A DNA stretch of 64,000 nt from an uncultured bacterium (GCA_965541585.1 CBEUCH010000006.1:64001-128000); one strand, 5' to 3'; shown: positions 1 to 10,492, counted from the stretch's first letter. Program-made: numbers and translations. The notes: a model not told the origin generated them from the sequence alone.

Positions 1-13
1 TAGAAAAAAGCGT

Positions 14-1051
14 ATGCAACACGACTTGACATGTCTTCGTGGTTACGTAGCCGAAAATACATACAAAATTCTTATCGAAGCAACCAAGAAATCTGAAAAC
101 CTTTTAATAAATTCCAGAAAGATAATTGAAATTTTCTTAATAGAGGAAGACTTAAAGAGTGATGCTTTCTGTTTTGTGGCAGTTGGATCTATAGGCAGAT
201 ACGAGGCATTAGACGCCTCAGATTTTGACCTTGTTCCGATAGTGTTAGAACAAGAGTCATATGATAAATATCAAGGCTTAGATAATAAATTAAGGAAAAT
301 TTTATCTTCTGAACTTGAATTAAAAGTGTCTCAGGGTAAAGAATTAACAAAACCTGTTTTACTTGATGATTTATCTTCCCCTGATAATATAGGGGGGGAA
401 GATGATAGTCGAGAGAAATTGACACAGCGAATCCTTATCTTGACAGAATCTGCCCACGCTGGCGGAGGGATAATGTTGAATTCTATCATGAATAATATTC
501 TTCATGCGTATGCGACCCATGAACGGACAAGTGGGCGACATCCTTTAGCATTCTGTAATGACGTGGCAAGGTATTATCGTCAAGTTTGTATTGACTATAA
601 ATTCAAAGTTGATGCTAAAGATCTTGATTGGTGTACTCGAAATATTAAACTCCGGCATTCACGTAAGTTTTGGTATTTTGCCACATTGTTAGCGATTTCG
701 GCAATAACAAGAAATACGCGATCCGATCACGGCGAATTTTCTGACGAGATTCTTGTTATCCTGGCAAAGCCTCCAATAATACGACTCCTTGATGCTGCTA
801 CAAGTTATAGACGGCACGCAGTTGGCCGATCACTTGATCATTACGCAATATATTTGGAATTTATGTCTGAGCCATCGAGGCGGAAAGCATTATCGAAAAT
901 TAAATTTGATAGGCGTTATGACGCTCAAATTAACAATCCATATCCACGTATGCAATCGAACTCTAAATTAATGCACATTGAACTACTACGTTTGCTTGAC
1001 TTTATGGAAAGAGATATTCAAGAACGTGTCTTGGCTTGGTTCTTATTATAA
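14..1051 (+). CDS. DNA polymerase beta-superfamily nucleotidyltransferase domain protein
   Basis: GSIGRYEALDASDFD matches the GS-x-GR...(S)DxD pol-beta NTase motif; helical C-terminal part; visibly AT-rich DNA. Confidence 0.7.
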   Translation: MQHDLTCLRGYVAENTYKILIEATKKSENLLINSRKIIEIFLIEEDLKSDAFCFVAVGSIGRYEALDASDFDLVPIVLEQESYDKYQGLDNKLRKILSSELELKVSQGKELTKPVLLDDLSSPDNIGGEDDSREKLTQRILILTESAHAGGGIMLNSIMNNILHAYATHERTSGRHPLAFCNDVARYYRQVCIDYKFKVDAKDLDWCTRNIKLRHSRKFWYFATLLAISAITRNTRSDHGEFSDEILVILAKPPIIRLLDAATSYRRHAVGRSLDHYAIYLEFMSEPSRRKALSKIKFDRRYDAQINNPYPRMQSNSKLMHIELLRLLDFMERDIQERVLAWFLL

Positions 1052-1254
1052 ACAAAGCAACAAGCTATATCCCAAGAAAATGAGCATAAAATAGGATTGA
1101 AAGGCTCATTATAAACATCAGTGTACATTGTTCTGATAGCTTAAGACCGGATTTAATCATTCGTAAATTATAAATCTGGCGTTATTCAAGAACAAAATAT
1201 ATTCTAAAGGTTCTGTGTTTTGTGAAGTCAACCCAGTTCAAGCAACATTCCGTA

Positions 1255-1329
1255 TGATCCAGCTGGTGAAATCGTCTCGTAGCTCCTCCCTACTTCGGCC
1301 TGTAGAACTGGCCGCCGGGCATGGAGATG
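1255..1329. repeat. Imperfect direct-repeat copy of the 3' end and downstream flank of the transglutaminase gene (other copy 2583-2658)
   Basis: 1290-1329 matches 2619-2658 at 38/40 nt and reads ISMPGGQFYRPK* versus ISMPGGQFCRPK*; weaker similarity continues about 35 nt past the stop. Confidence 0.85.
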
Positions 1330-1392
1330 AGCAAAATCGGCGGCCATGAAACCGTCAAAAACCCATCTCCCGCCTATTTCGACAAAACCCGC

Positions 1393-1419
1393 TAAAGTAC
1401 TTTATCGGTGCGCCGAATC
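1393..1419 (+). promoter_or_regulatory. Putative sigma-28 (FliA-type) promoter for the HDOD gene
   Basis: TAAA-N15-GCCGAATC versus consensus TAAA-N15-GCCGATAA. Confidence 0.45.
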
Positions 1420-1505
1420 AGATAGTGAGATAAAGCCGAGATTATAGAGAAACTGGCGGAAAAGCTGATCTAAGGATTTTATCTTTCCGGGGAGAAAAGA
1501 TAATA

Positions 1506-2402
1506 ATGCAAACTGCCGATGAAATAACCGAAAAGAAACTCAAAATCATTGCGGATAAAATTCATAATCTCCCTACCCCGCCAATAGTGTTCACCCAGAT
1601 TATTAAAGTTATCAATAATCCGAATAGCTCGGCTTATGAAATCGGTGCCATAATTGCCGAAGATCCTGCACTGACCACTAAAGTATTAAAGCTCATAAAT
1701 TCCTCATATTACGGTATGTCGAGCATGATTACCAACGTGAAACAGGCAATATTAATTCTTGGATTGGATGTCATAAAAACCTTGGTTATTTCGACATCGG
1801 TTTTTGGCTCTTTTTCAAAGAATAGCGCCCTCGACAAGGAATACCTGGAAAATTTCTGGCGTCATTCTCTTTTAGTGGCGTTTATGGCGAAAATCGTGGC
1901 CAGGTTCGTAAAAAGAGGTTTTCTCTATGAATCTGAATTTGCATTTTCGGGCGGGCTATTACATGATGTCGGAAAATTAATAGTAATATCCCATCTGCCA
2001 GAAGAGTATTCGAAAATTAAAACAATATCCGAAAAGGAACCATCGTTATCAGAAATCGATATCGAATCCAGTGTTTTGCAGTTTAACCATTCAGATCTTG
2101 GAAGTTATATGGCCGCGAGATGGAATCTGCCCGCGGAAATTTCCTTCGCTATATTATCTCATCACTCTCAGGAGGCAATTTCCGTTGACAGTTTCGCGGC
2201 AGTAATTCATCTGGCCGATCAACTTGCTCACAAAAACGAAATTTCGGATGGCCAGGTTATTGAAAATAATAATCCATTTCATGAGGAAGTTTGGGAAATT
2301 CTCGACTTGGATCAATCTTCCGAGGAGCAGATGCTGGAACATCTAAGAAAAGATTACACCAAAGCCGAAACGTTTATGAAAATGGCCCAGGGAATAACCT
2401 GA
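1506..2402 (+). CDS. HDOD domain-containing signal transduction protein
   Basis: LPTPP...DPALTTKVLKLINS...FWRHS...GLLHDVGK...HSDLG..WNLP..I..HH HDOD signature. Confidence 0.92.
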   Translation: MQTADEITEKKLKIIADKIHNLPTPPIVFTQIIKVINNPNSSAYEIGAIIAEDPALTTKVLKLINSSYYGMSSMITNVKQAILILGLDVIKTLVISTSVFGSFSKNSALDKEYLENFWRHSLLVAFMAKIVARFVKRGFLYESEFAFSGGLLHDVGKLIVISHLPEEYSKIKTISEKEPSLSEIDIESSVLQFNHSDLGSYMAARWNLPAEISFAILSHHSQEAISVDSFAAVIHLADQLAHKNEISDGQVIENNNPFHEEVWEILDLDQSSEEQMLEHLRKDYTKAETFMKMAQGIT

Positions 2403-2618
2403 TCGAGAGTCTCCACCGCTTGAAAACCTCCATATTTTATACGGCCCGTCATGATGCCGCACAACCTATCGTTTTCCAGCGAGTTCCATTGACCATTTTA
2501 AAGCTCGTTGAAATCTCGAATTCAAAGCTCACAAAAGTTTGCTGGGAGTGAGGAGTGGGCAGTTAAGCTGCGTTATTTTCAATAATCCAGTTGCGGAACT
2601 CATCTTGTAGCTCCCCCT

Positions 2619-4256
2619 CTACTTCGGCCGGCAGAACTGGCCGCCGGGCATGGAGATGGTCGTCGCTTCGGCGGCGGTGTCTGCGGGAGTCCATTCGCCG
2701 ATATTCTCGGCAAATATCTTGCATTTGCCCACCGATTCCCATTTCTCCCCGGAGTTGTAACGCCAGCCGATATACTCCGAGCCGGCGCCGGTGGTGGTCA
2801 CCAGCAGGCCGTTGCCTATCTGTCCGAAGCTGGTGGCCTGTTTTTCCGGCGAATCGGAATCGCCGCGTGAGGGGTCCACCGGTATCCAGCCGTACGGCGG
2901 CAGGTAGATCTCGCACCAGCGATGGAAAACGTCGTCCTCTGAAGCGCGGTCGCCGCGGATGGCGATGGAGCCGGTATACCGCGCCGGTATCCCCGCCGCC
3001 CGGCACATGGATATGAATACAAATGTATATTCCGAACAGCTACCGTTGCCGCGCTCGATAATGGCCGGGGCCACGTTCCAGCCGCCCGCCAGCTCGTAGT
3101 AGAGGGTATCCAGTATCCATGTATAGATCCTGCGGGCTTGCCAGTAGAGATTAGTCTCATCGCCGATGGCTTCTTTCAAGGCGTTTTGAATCACCGGGCT
3201 TTTGATATCGAATTTGGTATCGTCGCCGAGGAATTTTTTTAAGATCTCTTTGGGGATATCCTTCAAGCTGCCCACCTTTTCAGGACGAACGAAATAACGT
3301 GTCTGATACAGATCGGCAGTCGCCATATAGGCAGCGCTGACCTTTTCCCCCATCGGTATATCCTCGAAATGGAAAGCGGCAAACGGCTGACCCCAGCTAT
3401 CCGTTACATATTCCGGGGAGACATCGGAGAAATAAACCGGCTCGCTGATCAATGTTTGATGATCGGAATTTTCGGGGATTGCCAGGTAGATATCGAGGCT
3501 CTTCAGGATGCCGGGGCCGTAGTTTCTGACCTCGTGAGTGAAGCTCATGTTCTGACGTTGTCTCTTGTCCTGAGAGAAGAAGCTATCATCTTCGGTTACC
3601 ACCTGGTAAAGCGAATCGGTCTGATAATCGACGTTGTAGAGCTGGCCGTCGCCGAACGCCAGGCCCCAGGCGTAGGGAGCCGGGGAATCGAGTACCATGA
3701 TGACCTCGCCGGTCTGCGGATAGATCATATAGATGCTGTTTCTACTCCTGTCGGCTGACCAGAGATATTTGCCGTCGAATGCCAGCCCCGTGGTGTTCCC
3801 TGACGGCGCCTTGAACGTCTTTATAATGGTCCCATCCTCGGACGAGATTTTCTGAATAGTCGTCTTATCCGAGAGCCAGAGAAATTCGCCATCCCAGCAA
3901 AGCCCCTTGGGAGCCTCAACCGGCGATGCGATTGTCTTGATGTTGACTCCGGATTCGATATCGAACTGGATAATACTGTTCTCCTCGCCATCGACAACCC
4001 ATAGGTAGGAACCATCCCAAGCCAGGCCATACGGCCGGTACGACGGTGCCTCCAGGATGGCGGTCACTTCGCCGCTATAGGGATTTATGGCATACAGGGA
4101 ATCCGTCTTGAAATCGGCAATCCAGACATTCATACCGTCATAAGCCAGCCCGGAAGGGCAGGGGGATGGCGTCCCGTACGAAAAAGCCACGTCGCCAGGG
4201 GTGGCGCTGGATACGCCCACCGTTATTAACAAAATCGCGATAACTCTTGAAAACAT
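2619..4256 (-). CDS. Secreted transglutaminase-like protein with N-terminal beta-propeller repeats
   Basis: Signal peptide; repeated GLA(W/F/Y)DG.YLW motifs; catalytic triad context GSCSEY / FHRWCE / VDPS. Confidence 0.88.
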   Translation of the reverse strand: MFSRVIAILLITVGVSSATPGDVAFSYGTPSPCPSGLAYDGMNVWIADFKTDSLYAINPYSGEVTAILEAPSYRPYGLAWDGSYLWVVDGEENSIIQFDIESGVNIKTIASPVEAPKGLCWDGEFLWLSDKTTIQKISSEDGTIIKTFKAPSGNTTGLAFDGKYLWSADRSRNSIYMIYPQTGEVIMVLDSPAPYAWGLAFGDGQLYNVDYQTDSLYQVVTEDDSFFSQDKRQRQNMSFTHEVRNYGPGILKSLDIYLAIPENSDHQTLISEPVYFSDVSPEYVTDSWGQPFAAFHFEDIPMGEKVSAAYMATADLYQTRYFVRPEKVGSLKDIPKEILKKFLGDDTKFDIKSPVIQNALKEAIGDETNLYWQARRIYTWILDTLYYELAGGWNVAPAIIERGNGSCSEYTFVFISMCRAAGIPARYTGSIAIRGDRASEDDVFHRWCEIYLPPYGWIPVDPSRGDSDSPEKQATSFGQIGNGLLVTTTGAGSEYIGWRYNSGEKWESVGKCKIFAENIGEWTPADTAAEATTISMPGGQFCRPK

Positions 4257-4458
4257 CTCTGCCTCCGATTAAGGGTTTCCAATCCACCTGTTTGCGTAAT
4301 GAATATATGGTTTTTTTTGTCGTTTTTCAATCACAGGGAGCGCATTCAACTGCCGATAATTAAATTTGAGGGGGGAATAATTCAAAAGTCATGGCTTTTT
4401 GTCAGGGAAACCGATATAATGACCAATATGTGAATTGAGAATATAAGGAGCGAAAGTT

Positions 4459-5829
4459 ATGCAATATTTAGAAAATATTCTTCATGCGATCGGCAGCACA
4501 CCGCTTATAAGGCTCAGTAAGCTGGCTCCGCCGGATGGCCCCAAAATTCTTGTGAAACCGGAGTTCTTAAATCCCGCCGGGTCTATAAAGGATAGGATGG
4601 CCATCTATATTATAGAAAAGGCTGAAAAAGAGGGCTTATTGAAACCAGGCGGGACCATAGTCGAGAATACTTCGGGGAATACCGGCGCAGCCGTGGCTAT
4701 GGTGGCCGCAATCAAAGGTTACAGGGCAGTTTTCACCATGCCGGATAAGATGTCCAGCGAAAAAGTCGATCTTTTGAAAGCATTTGGTGCCCGTGTAGTT
4801 GTTACACCCACGGAGGTTCCAGCGGATTCGCCCCTAAGTTATTACGAAACTGCAAAGAGAATCGCCCGGGAAACCCCTAATTCGTTCTATTTGAATCAAT
4901 ATCACAACCTGGATAATATCGAAGCCCATTATTGTACCACAGGCCCGGAATTATTCGAGCAGACTGATGGCAAGATTGACTATCTGGTGGCGGGAATCGG
5001 CACCGGCGGGACTCTCTCGGGTGCCGGCAAGTTTCTTAAGGAAAAGATACCCGGCATAAAGATTATTGCAGTTGATCCGGTCGGCTCGGTCTTTTACGAT
5101 TATTTTAAGACGGGCAAGCTGCCGGAGCCGCATGTATATAAGGTCGAGGGGATCGGAGAGGACATGCTGACCGAGGCCATGGATTTCTCCGTGGTTGACG
5201 ATATGCTCCAGGTCAGCGATCAGGATTGTTTTTTAACCACCCGCGATCTTGTCAGAAAGGAAGGGATGTTCGCCGGTGGATCATCCGGCGGCGCGGTCTG
5301 GGCGGCACTGGAGGTGGCGAAGCAGGCCAAGCCGGATAACGTCATAATCGTAATTCTGCCGGATTCAGGCAGCCGGTATCTCTCGAAGATCTTCAATGAC
5401 GGCTGGATGGAGGATAACGGGTATATGATCGATGAGTCATTGCCGGGCAAGGTTTCGGATCTTTTGAATTTCGGTCGGTTGAAACCGGTGATCGTATCGG
5501 CTGATAGCCCCGTCCGTGAGGCTGTCTCTCTAATGAAAAAACATGACATCTCGCAGTTGCCCGTCACCGATAACAACAGCATTGTCGGTATGGTTTACGA
5601 GATCGACGTATTGCGATCGCTGGCAGCCAGATCGGGCGGGCTCGACGATCCGGTCAGGGAAGTAGCAGAACGGGATTTTTCACTTATCTCCGCGGACGAA
5701 CCGGTCTCACACCTTGCCAGGGTTTTCTCAGATACCGGCAGCGCTGTTTTAGTGATGAAAGATGACGAGCTTCTCGCAGTATTGACTCGCATCGATCTGA
5801 TATCATATCTGGCGAGGAGCAAGGGTTGA
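4459..5829 (+). CDS. cbs: Cystathionine beta-synthase with C-terminal CBS pair
   Basis: NPAGSIKDR (PLP lysine), TSGNTG, GIGTGGT, YKVEGIG, C-terminal CBS domains. Confidence 0.92.
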   Translation: MQYLENILHAIGSTPLIRLSKLAPPDGPKILVKPEFLNPAGSIKDRMAIYIIEKAEKEGLLKPGGTIVENTSGNTGAAVAMVAAIKGYRAVFTMPDKMSSEKVDLLKAFGARVVVTPTEVPADSPLSYYETAKRIARETPNSFYLNQYHNLDNIEAHYCTTGPELFEQTDGKIDYLVAGIGTGGTLSGAGKFLKEKIPGIKIIAVDPVGSVFYDYFKTGKLPEPHVYKVEGIGEDMLTEAMDFSVVDDMLQVSDQDCFLTTRDLVRKEGMFAGGSSGGAVWAALEVAKQAKPDNVIIVILPDSGSRYLSKIFNDGWMEDNGYMIDESLPGKVSDLLNFGRLKPVIVSADSPVREAVSLMKKHDISQLPVTDNNSIVGMVYEIDVLRSLAARSGGLDDPVREVAERDFSLISADEPVSHLARVFSDTGSAVLVMKDDELLAVLTRIDLISYLARSKG

Positions 5830-6986
5830 AAAAAGATAAAGATCTTCGATTCGGAACACGCGCCGTACATGGAGGGCAGAAACCAGATCCTACCACCGGC
5901 GCAGTAATGACCCCCATCTACCAGACGTCCACGTATGCCCAATCGGCACCGGGCGTTCATAAGGGATATGAATACTCACGCACGGCCAACCCCACCCGGG
6001 AGGCGATGGAAAGATCGATGGCCTCTCTGGAAAAAGGCGAGCATGGTATCGCCTTCTCATCCGGCATGGCGGCAACATCATCGATCGTGAAGCTTCTGAA
6101 GGCGGGAGATCACCTGGTCTGCTCCGATGACGTTTACGGGGGTACATTCAGGCTGTTTGATAAGATCTATAAGAATTTCGATTTAGGATTCGGCTTCGTC
6201 GATACCTCTGATACAAAAAACATCAAACAGGCGATAACGGATAAGACCAGGATAATCTGGATCGAGACCCCCACCAATCCCACCTTGAAGATTACTGATA
6301 TCGCAGCCGCCGCCGAGATCGCCAGGGCAAATGATATAAAGCTGGTAGTGGATAACACATTCATGTCGCCGTATTTCCAGAACCCGCTCAATCTGGGGGC
6401 CGATATGGTACTCCATTCAACCACCAAATATATCGCCGGCCATTCGGATCTTGTGGGTGGAGCGGTGGTGTTGAACGATTCAGACCTGGCCGAGAAACTG
6501 CGCTTTATTCAGAATGCCGCCGGCGCCGTCCCCGGGCCGATGGACTGTTTTTTAACATTGCGGGGTATAAAAACGCTTCACCTGCGGATGGAACGTCACG
6601 AATATAATGCTAAAAAGATTTTTGAATATCTAAAGACTCAGGCAGCTTTGAAGAAGTTGTATTATCCCGGTGATCCGAATCATCCGGGGCATGAGACACA
6701 GAAAAGGCAGGCCGGCGGATTCGGGGCGATTATCTCGTTCGATATCGGCGGTCTCGATGAGGCCAGGAAATTTATGTCAGCGCTGGAAACCTTCACACTT
6801 GCGGAATCGCTCGGAGGGGTCGAATCGTTGATAGAGCATCCGGCGATCATGACCCACGCATCCGTTCCCCCCGAAAACCGCGCCAGGTTGGGTATCACCG
6901 ATGGTTTCATACGGCTGTCGGTCGGCATCGAGGATGCTGAGGATCTGATAGAGGATTTACAGAGCGGGTTCGATTCTATTAGATAA
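5826..6986 (+). CDS. Cystathionine gamma-lyase/synthase (Cys/Met metabolism PLP enzyme)
   Basis: YSRTANPTR, ETPTNP, DNTF, HSTTKYIAGHSD, AESLGGVESL; overlaps the cbs stop codon. Confidence 0.93.
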   Translation: MKKDKDLRFGTRAVHGGQKPDPTTGAVMTPIYQTSTYAQSAPGVHKGYEYSRTANPTREAMERSMASLEKGEHGIAFSSGMAATSSIVKLLKAGDHLVCSDDVYGGTFRLFDKIYKNFDLGFGFVDTSDTKNIKQAITDKTRIIWIETPTNPTLKITDIAAAAEIARANDIKLVVDNTFMSPYFQNPLNLGADMVLHSTTKYIAGHSDLVGGAVVLNDSDLAEKLRFIQNAAGAVPGPMDCFLTLRGIKTLHLRMERHEYNAKKIFEYLKTQAALKKLYYPGDPNHPGHETQKRQAGGFGAIISFDIGGLDEARKFMSALETFTLAESLGGVESLIEHPAIMTHASVPPENRARLGITDGFIRLSVGIEDAEDLIEDLQSGFDSIR

Positions 6987-7005
6987 TAGAATCCCCGGTT
7001 ATAAC

Positions 7006-9297
7006 TTATCTGTATTTCACCTTACAAAGCACAGCGTCATAGGTATTGAATACGATCTTCTTCGGCTTGAAGGGGATCAGAGGCAGATCGATATCGGTTT
7101 CCGGCTGGTCAATCCAGATTTTTAGATGAATATAACGATCATCCTCAAATAGTACGGTAATCGGAACCATCATCTGGAAATTTTCAGGTACTTTCTCCTG
7201 CTTTACGTGGCACACAACCTGATATTTACCGTCGTCGGTCTTTTCGGAGTCATAAGTGAACCTGTATTCGGGGATGGCGGTACCGTAAATCCACTGATCG
7301 AAAAACCAACTCATATCGGCGCCAATATATTCTGAAAGAAACTTTTGAAGCCCACTGGTCGTGATGACCTTCCCGCGGAAGGTATCCACGATACCCTTTA
7401 GAAATGCAGCGAAAGCATCATCCGAGCCGGTCTTGTAATCATGAAGTAGATAGCGGATCATGTGGAAGACGTAACCGCCTTTTTTATAAACGAGATTGGA
7501 ATAATCGGATGATTTTGACGAGGACAGCCGCGAGCCTATTATTATGGGGCCGGCCTTGCTCCCCACCGATTTGACACCCGCCCCTGAAATGATAGATTGT
7601 CTCCAATACTTGAGCATATTTTTGACTGCTTTTTTATCCTTTACGGAAAGTTCATAGAACCACAGACCGGAATAATTAGCGAGGCCTTCTGTGATCCAGA
7701 CATCGCGGTAAGATTCCTTATCCACCAGGTGACCCCACCATTGATGGGCAACTTCATGTGCCCTGAACATTTCTGAATAACCTTGAATGTCATCCGACTG
7801 GAACGTACTCCATGTCAGATGTATAAGGCCGGGTGAACCTTGACCTTCTCCTGTAAACGGTATCTCCGTCGCCTTTAAAGTGTCGAAGGGACAGGGCCCG
7901 AAAATGCTGGTAAAAAAAGCGAGGCTGTTGGTCACGTCCGCGGACACCTGTCCGATCATATCGGCGGCCGAGAGTTCTCCGAAATACGCCATATACAATG
8001 CCAGCGCTTGGTGATCTATCTGTTCTGACATGAAGACTTTCACTGGAGGAAGATTCTCGACAATTATCTCCTTGGATTCGAAAACACCAAGATTGAATGA
8101 TACATACTCCACCGGCAGATCGATTTTCCAATGCGATATGGATCGATCATCCTCCTGCCTTGATTCCATGTTTTTCCCGCAGGAAACGAGCTGGTAGGTT
8201 TTGGGAAAGCTATATTCTAAATCAAAAGTGGCGCAATCCCGGATGCTGTTCGACGGGAACCAGCTCGTTTTGCCGTATATATAAAACAACCCGTAAACAC
8301 TGAAGAGACTTTTACATTCATATGCTATATCAATAAAATCGGCTTTTCCCAGTTCGAGGGTGTTATTCAACAGGACCCCGAAACCGTGCTCATGCTTCCT
8401 ATGGATTACTGTAAGTGTGTCGCCGTTCGAATCGACTGCCGAAATGTCCTTGTTCTCGTAATACCAATCGAAATACAGAAAAGAGCAACCCCATCGAAGG
8501 GGCGTATACTCGATGCGGCAATCCACCATCATCTTACCGTTACTCGCAATCTTTGAATTAATTATATAATTTGTTATGTCTATTGGGTTAATACCGCGCT
8601 GCGACGGTAGTCCGTTATCACTGCAGTATCCGGCAAAGACATTAGCGGTTTCTCTACCGGCTGATCTGATAAGTTTATAAATACGATACTGATCGGGGTG
8701 TGTAGGATCGTCACAAAATACCAGATGCCCCGTGTCTTTGGTTTTAAAATCAGAATAAAAGTAGAATCCTGGTGAATCGCTTGAAAGATCAGCCAGTATC
8801 TTATTGGGCATGTGAATCCCGAGATGATCGAAGGCATCCTCGACCGCGTCAGCTAATATGTTCCATGCCTTTTTGGTAGCTTTCTCCCTTACGAAGTCAG
8901 AAGTATCGGGGAAATCATCCAGTTCAATCGTAAATAAGAGAGCTATCTTCTCGAATTCCTCATCGAGGCTCTCTTTTTTGGTAAATTTGACAAGCTGGCC
9001 GAGCTCTACTTCATCAGGAGGCGTATAAAGGAAGCGGCCTTTACCCTTATAGACCATAGCCGACGGGCGCGTTGCGCCGAAATCAAATATGGTCAGTTCG
9101 CCCGGCCCAAGATGAAATTCGACCTGAGGGCGAATGATGACCAGGCTGTCGATAGTCCCCGTTAGAACAGTCTGATCGTTTCGATCCTTCATATTGGAGA
9201 CGAATCGGTCAATGTCGAATGCGGAGGCAAACGAGCTAAATAAGAATATCCCCAGAAGGATTTCCCAGTAAATGCAAATTGCCCGATATTTTTTCAT
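7006..9297 (-). CDS. Secreted M1-family (gluzincin) aminopeptidase
   Basis: HEVAHQWWG...WITEGLANY zinc motif; YKKG tyrosine motif; signal peptide. Confidence 0.88.
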   Translation of the reverse strand: MKKYRAICIYWEILLGIFLFSSFASAFDIDRFVSNMKDRNDQTVLTGTIDSLVIIRPQVEFHLGPGELTIFDFGATRPSAMVYKGKGRFLYTPPDEVELGQLVKFTKKESLDEEFEKIALLFTIELDDFPDTSDFVREKATKKAWNILADAVEDAFDHLGIHMPNKILADLSSDSPGFYFYSDFKTKDTGHLVFCDDPTHPDQYRIYKLIRSAGRETANVFAGYCSDNGLPSQRGINPIDITNYIINSKIASNGKMMVDCRIEYTPLRWGCSFLYFDWYYENKDISAVDSNGDTLTVIHRKHEHGFGVLLNNTLELGKADFIDIAYECKSLFSVYGLFYIYGKTSWFPSNSIRDCATFDLEYSFPKTYQLVSCGKNMESRQEDDRSISHWKIDLPVEYVSFNLGVFESKEIIVENLPPVKVFMSEQIDHQALALYMAYFGELSAADMIGQVSADVTNSLAFFTSIFGPCPFDTLKATEIPFTGEGQGSPGLIHLTWSTFQSDDIQGYSEMFRAHEVAHQWWGHLVDKESYRDVWITEGLANYSGLWFYELSVKDKKAVKNMLKYWRQSIISGAGVKSVGSKAGPIIIGSRLSSSKSSDYSNLVYKKGGYVFHMIRYLLHDYKTGSDDAFAAFLKGIVDTFRGKVITTSGLQKFLSEYIGADMSWFFDQWIYGTAIPEYRFTYDSEKTDDGKYQVVCHVKQEKVPENFQMMVPITVLFEDDRYIHLKIWIDQPETDIDLPLIPFKPKKIVFNTYDAVLCKVKYR

Positions 9298-9445
9298 ACT
9301 CGTCACTCCGATCCTACGATTAGAGGGGAATAGTCACCTCTTGCCAATCAAAGCTGCCGATTCGATGATGTGTTGCTAAAAACGAAAGTACTACCTATAT
9401 ATGATCAAGTCAAGGAAAATAGGTTATCTTAATATCTGTTCGATT

Positions 9446-10423
9446 TCATCTGATAGAAGCTAATATTCTCTTGATAGTCTGATAGAGTGGTTTCGGCCTG
9501 TAGCCGAGCTCCTGTCGGGCTTTTTCATTCGTGTAGAAGAATTTATACCGCGCTAATTTCGCCAACCCCCTGTGAAATTTGGGACGTTTCCTGCGGATGC
9601 GGGCAACAAGTTCCATGATAAACGCAACTGGATATAATAAACCGATTGGAACCTTTATAAAGGGCTTTCTGATTCCAAGAATTTTCAGTGCCAGGTCGAA
9701 GGCCTTCTGCGGATTTACGTTTTCTCCGGTTAATAGATACCTTTCGCCGGGTCTGCCTTTCTCGATACAGGAAGTTATCCCCGAAACGACATCGTCGGTA
9801 TCGACTAAGTTCAGGCCAAAATCGAAATAGCATGGAATCGATCTCGGGATCTTTTTCAATTCCTTTTCGCTGAGTTTCCGATCCGGTGGCGATATCATTA
9901 TGGATGGGTTAAGCACTATGGTTTCGAGATGGGGTCCATTTGCCTCCAGCACGGAGTTTTCCGCCTCTTTTTTGGTACCGATATAAGGGATATTGAAGCC
10001 GGATAGATTGAACTCAGCGGTTTCATCAAGCGGCCGTCCCGTTTCGGATGCCCCGACTGTGACGATCGATGAGATGTAGATCAATCTAGTAACATTGTTC
10101 TTCAGGCATGCGGATATGACCGCCTGTGTCCCCTCGACATTTATCCGGTGCATTGTTTCGTCAGGCCCCGGGCGAAGGCTAACCATGGCAGCGCAATGTA
10201 TGACAATGTTGCAGCCTTTAGCAGCCTGATCCAGCCAACCGGGATCGATCAGATCTCCAATTATCGGTGTTGCATCGGGGGGGCAATTTCTGTCTGCCTT
10301 TTCCCCGGATCTATAATGCGCTCTGACATCGTATCCCGCTTCTAATAAGCGAGGAACGAGGCGTCGCCCGAGCTGGCCGCTGGCTCCGGTGACCAAAATC
10401 GTCTTCGGCTCTGAATCCGGCAT
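9446..10423 (-). CDS. NAD-dependent epimerase/dehydratase (extended SDR, dihydroflavonol reductase-like)
   Basis: TGASGQLG Rossmann motif; YIGTK (YxxxK); GRPGERYLL. Confidence 0.88.
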   Translation of the reverse strand: MPDSEPKTILVTGASGQLGRRLVPRLLEAGYDVRAHYRSGEKADRNCPPDATPIIGDLIDPGWLDQAAKGCNIVIHCAAMVSLRPGPDETMHRINVEGTQAVISACLKNNVTRLIYISSIVTVGASETGRPLDETAEFNLSGFNIPYIGTKKEAENSVLEANGPHLETIVLNPSIMISPPDRKLSEKELKKIPRSIPCYFDFGLNLVDTDDVVSGITSCIEKGRPGERYLLTGENVNPQKAFDLALKILGIRKPFIKVPIGLLYPVAFIMELVARIRRKRPKFHRGLAKLARYKFFYTNEKARQELGYRPKPLYQTIKRILASIR

Positions 10424-10492
10424 GGACGCAAAATTAGACTTAAAATATCATATGTCAAGAAGCATGATTGCAACTCGGGTCAATGAGATGAT

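Noticed and set aside
2563..3016. Overlapping 141-147 aa Arg-rich ORFs on both strands
   Set aside because: Alternate-frame shadows of the GC-rich transglutaminase gene
4352..4359. GCCGATAA sigma-28 -10 match (also GCCGATAG at 17464)
   Set aside because: No correctly spaced TAAA -35 element
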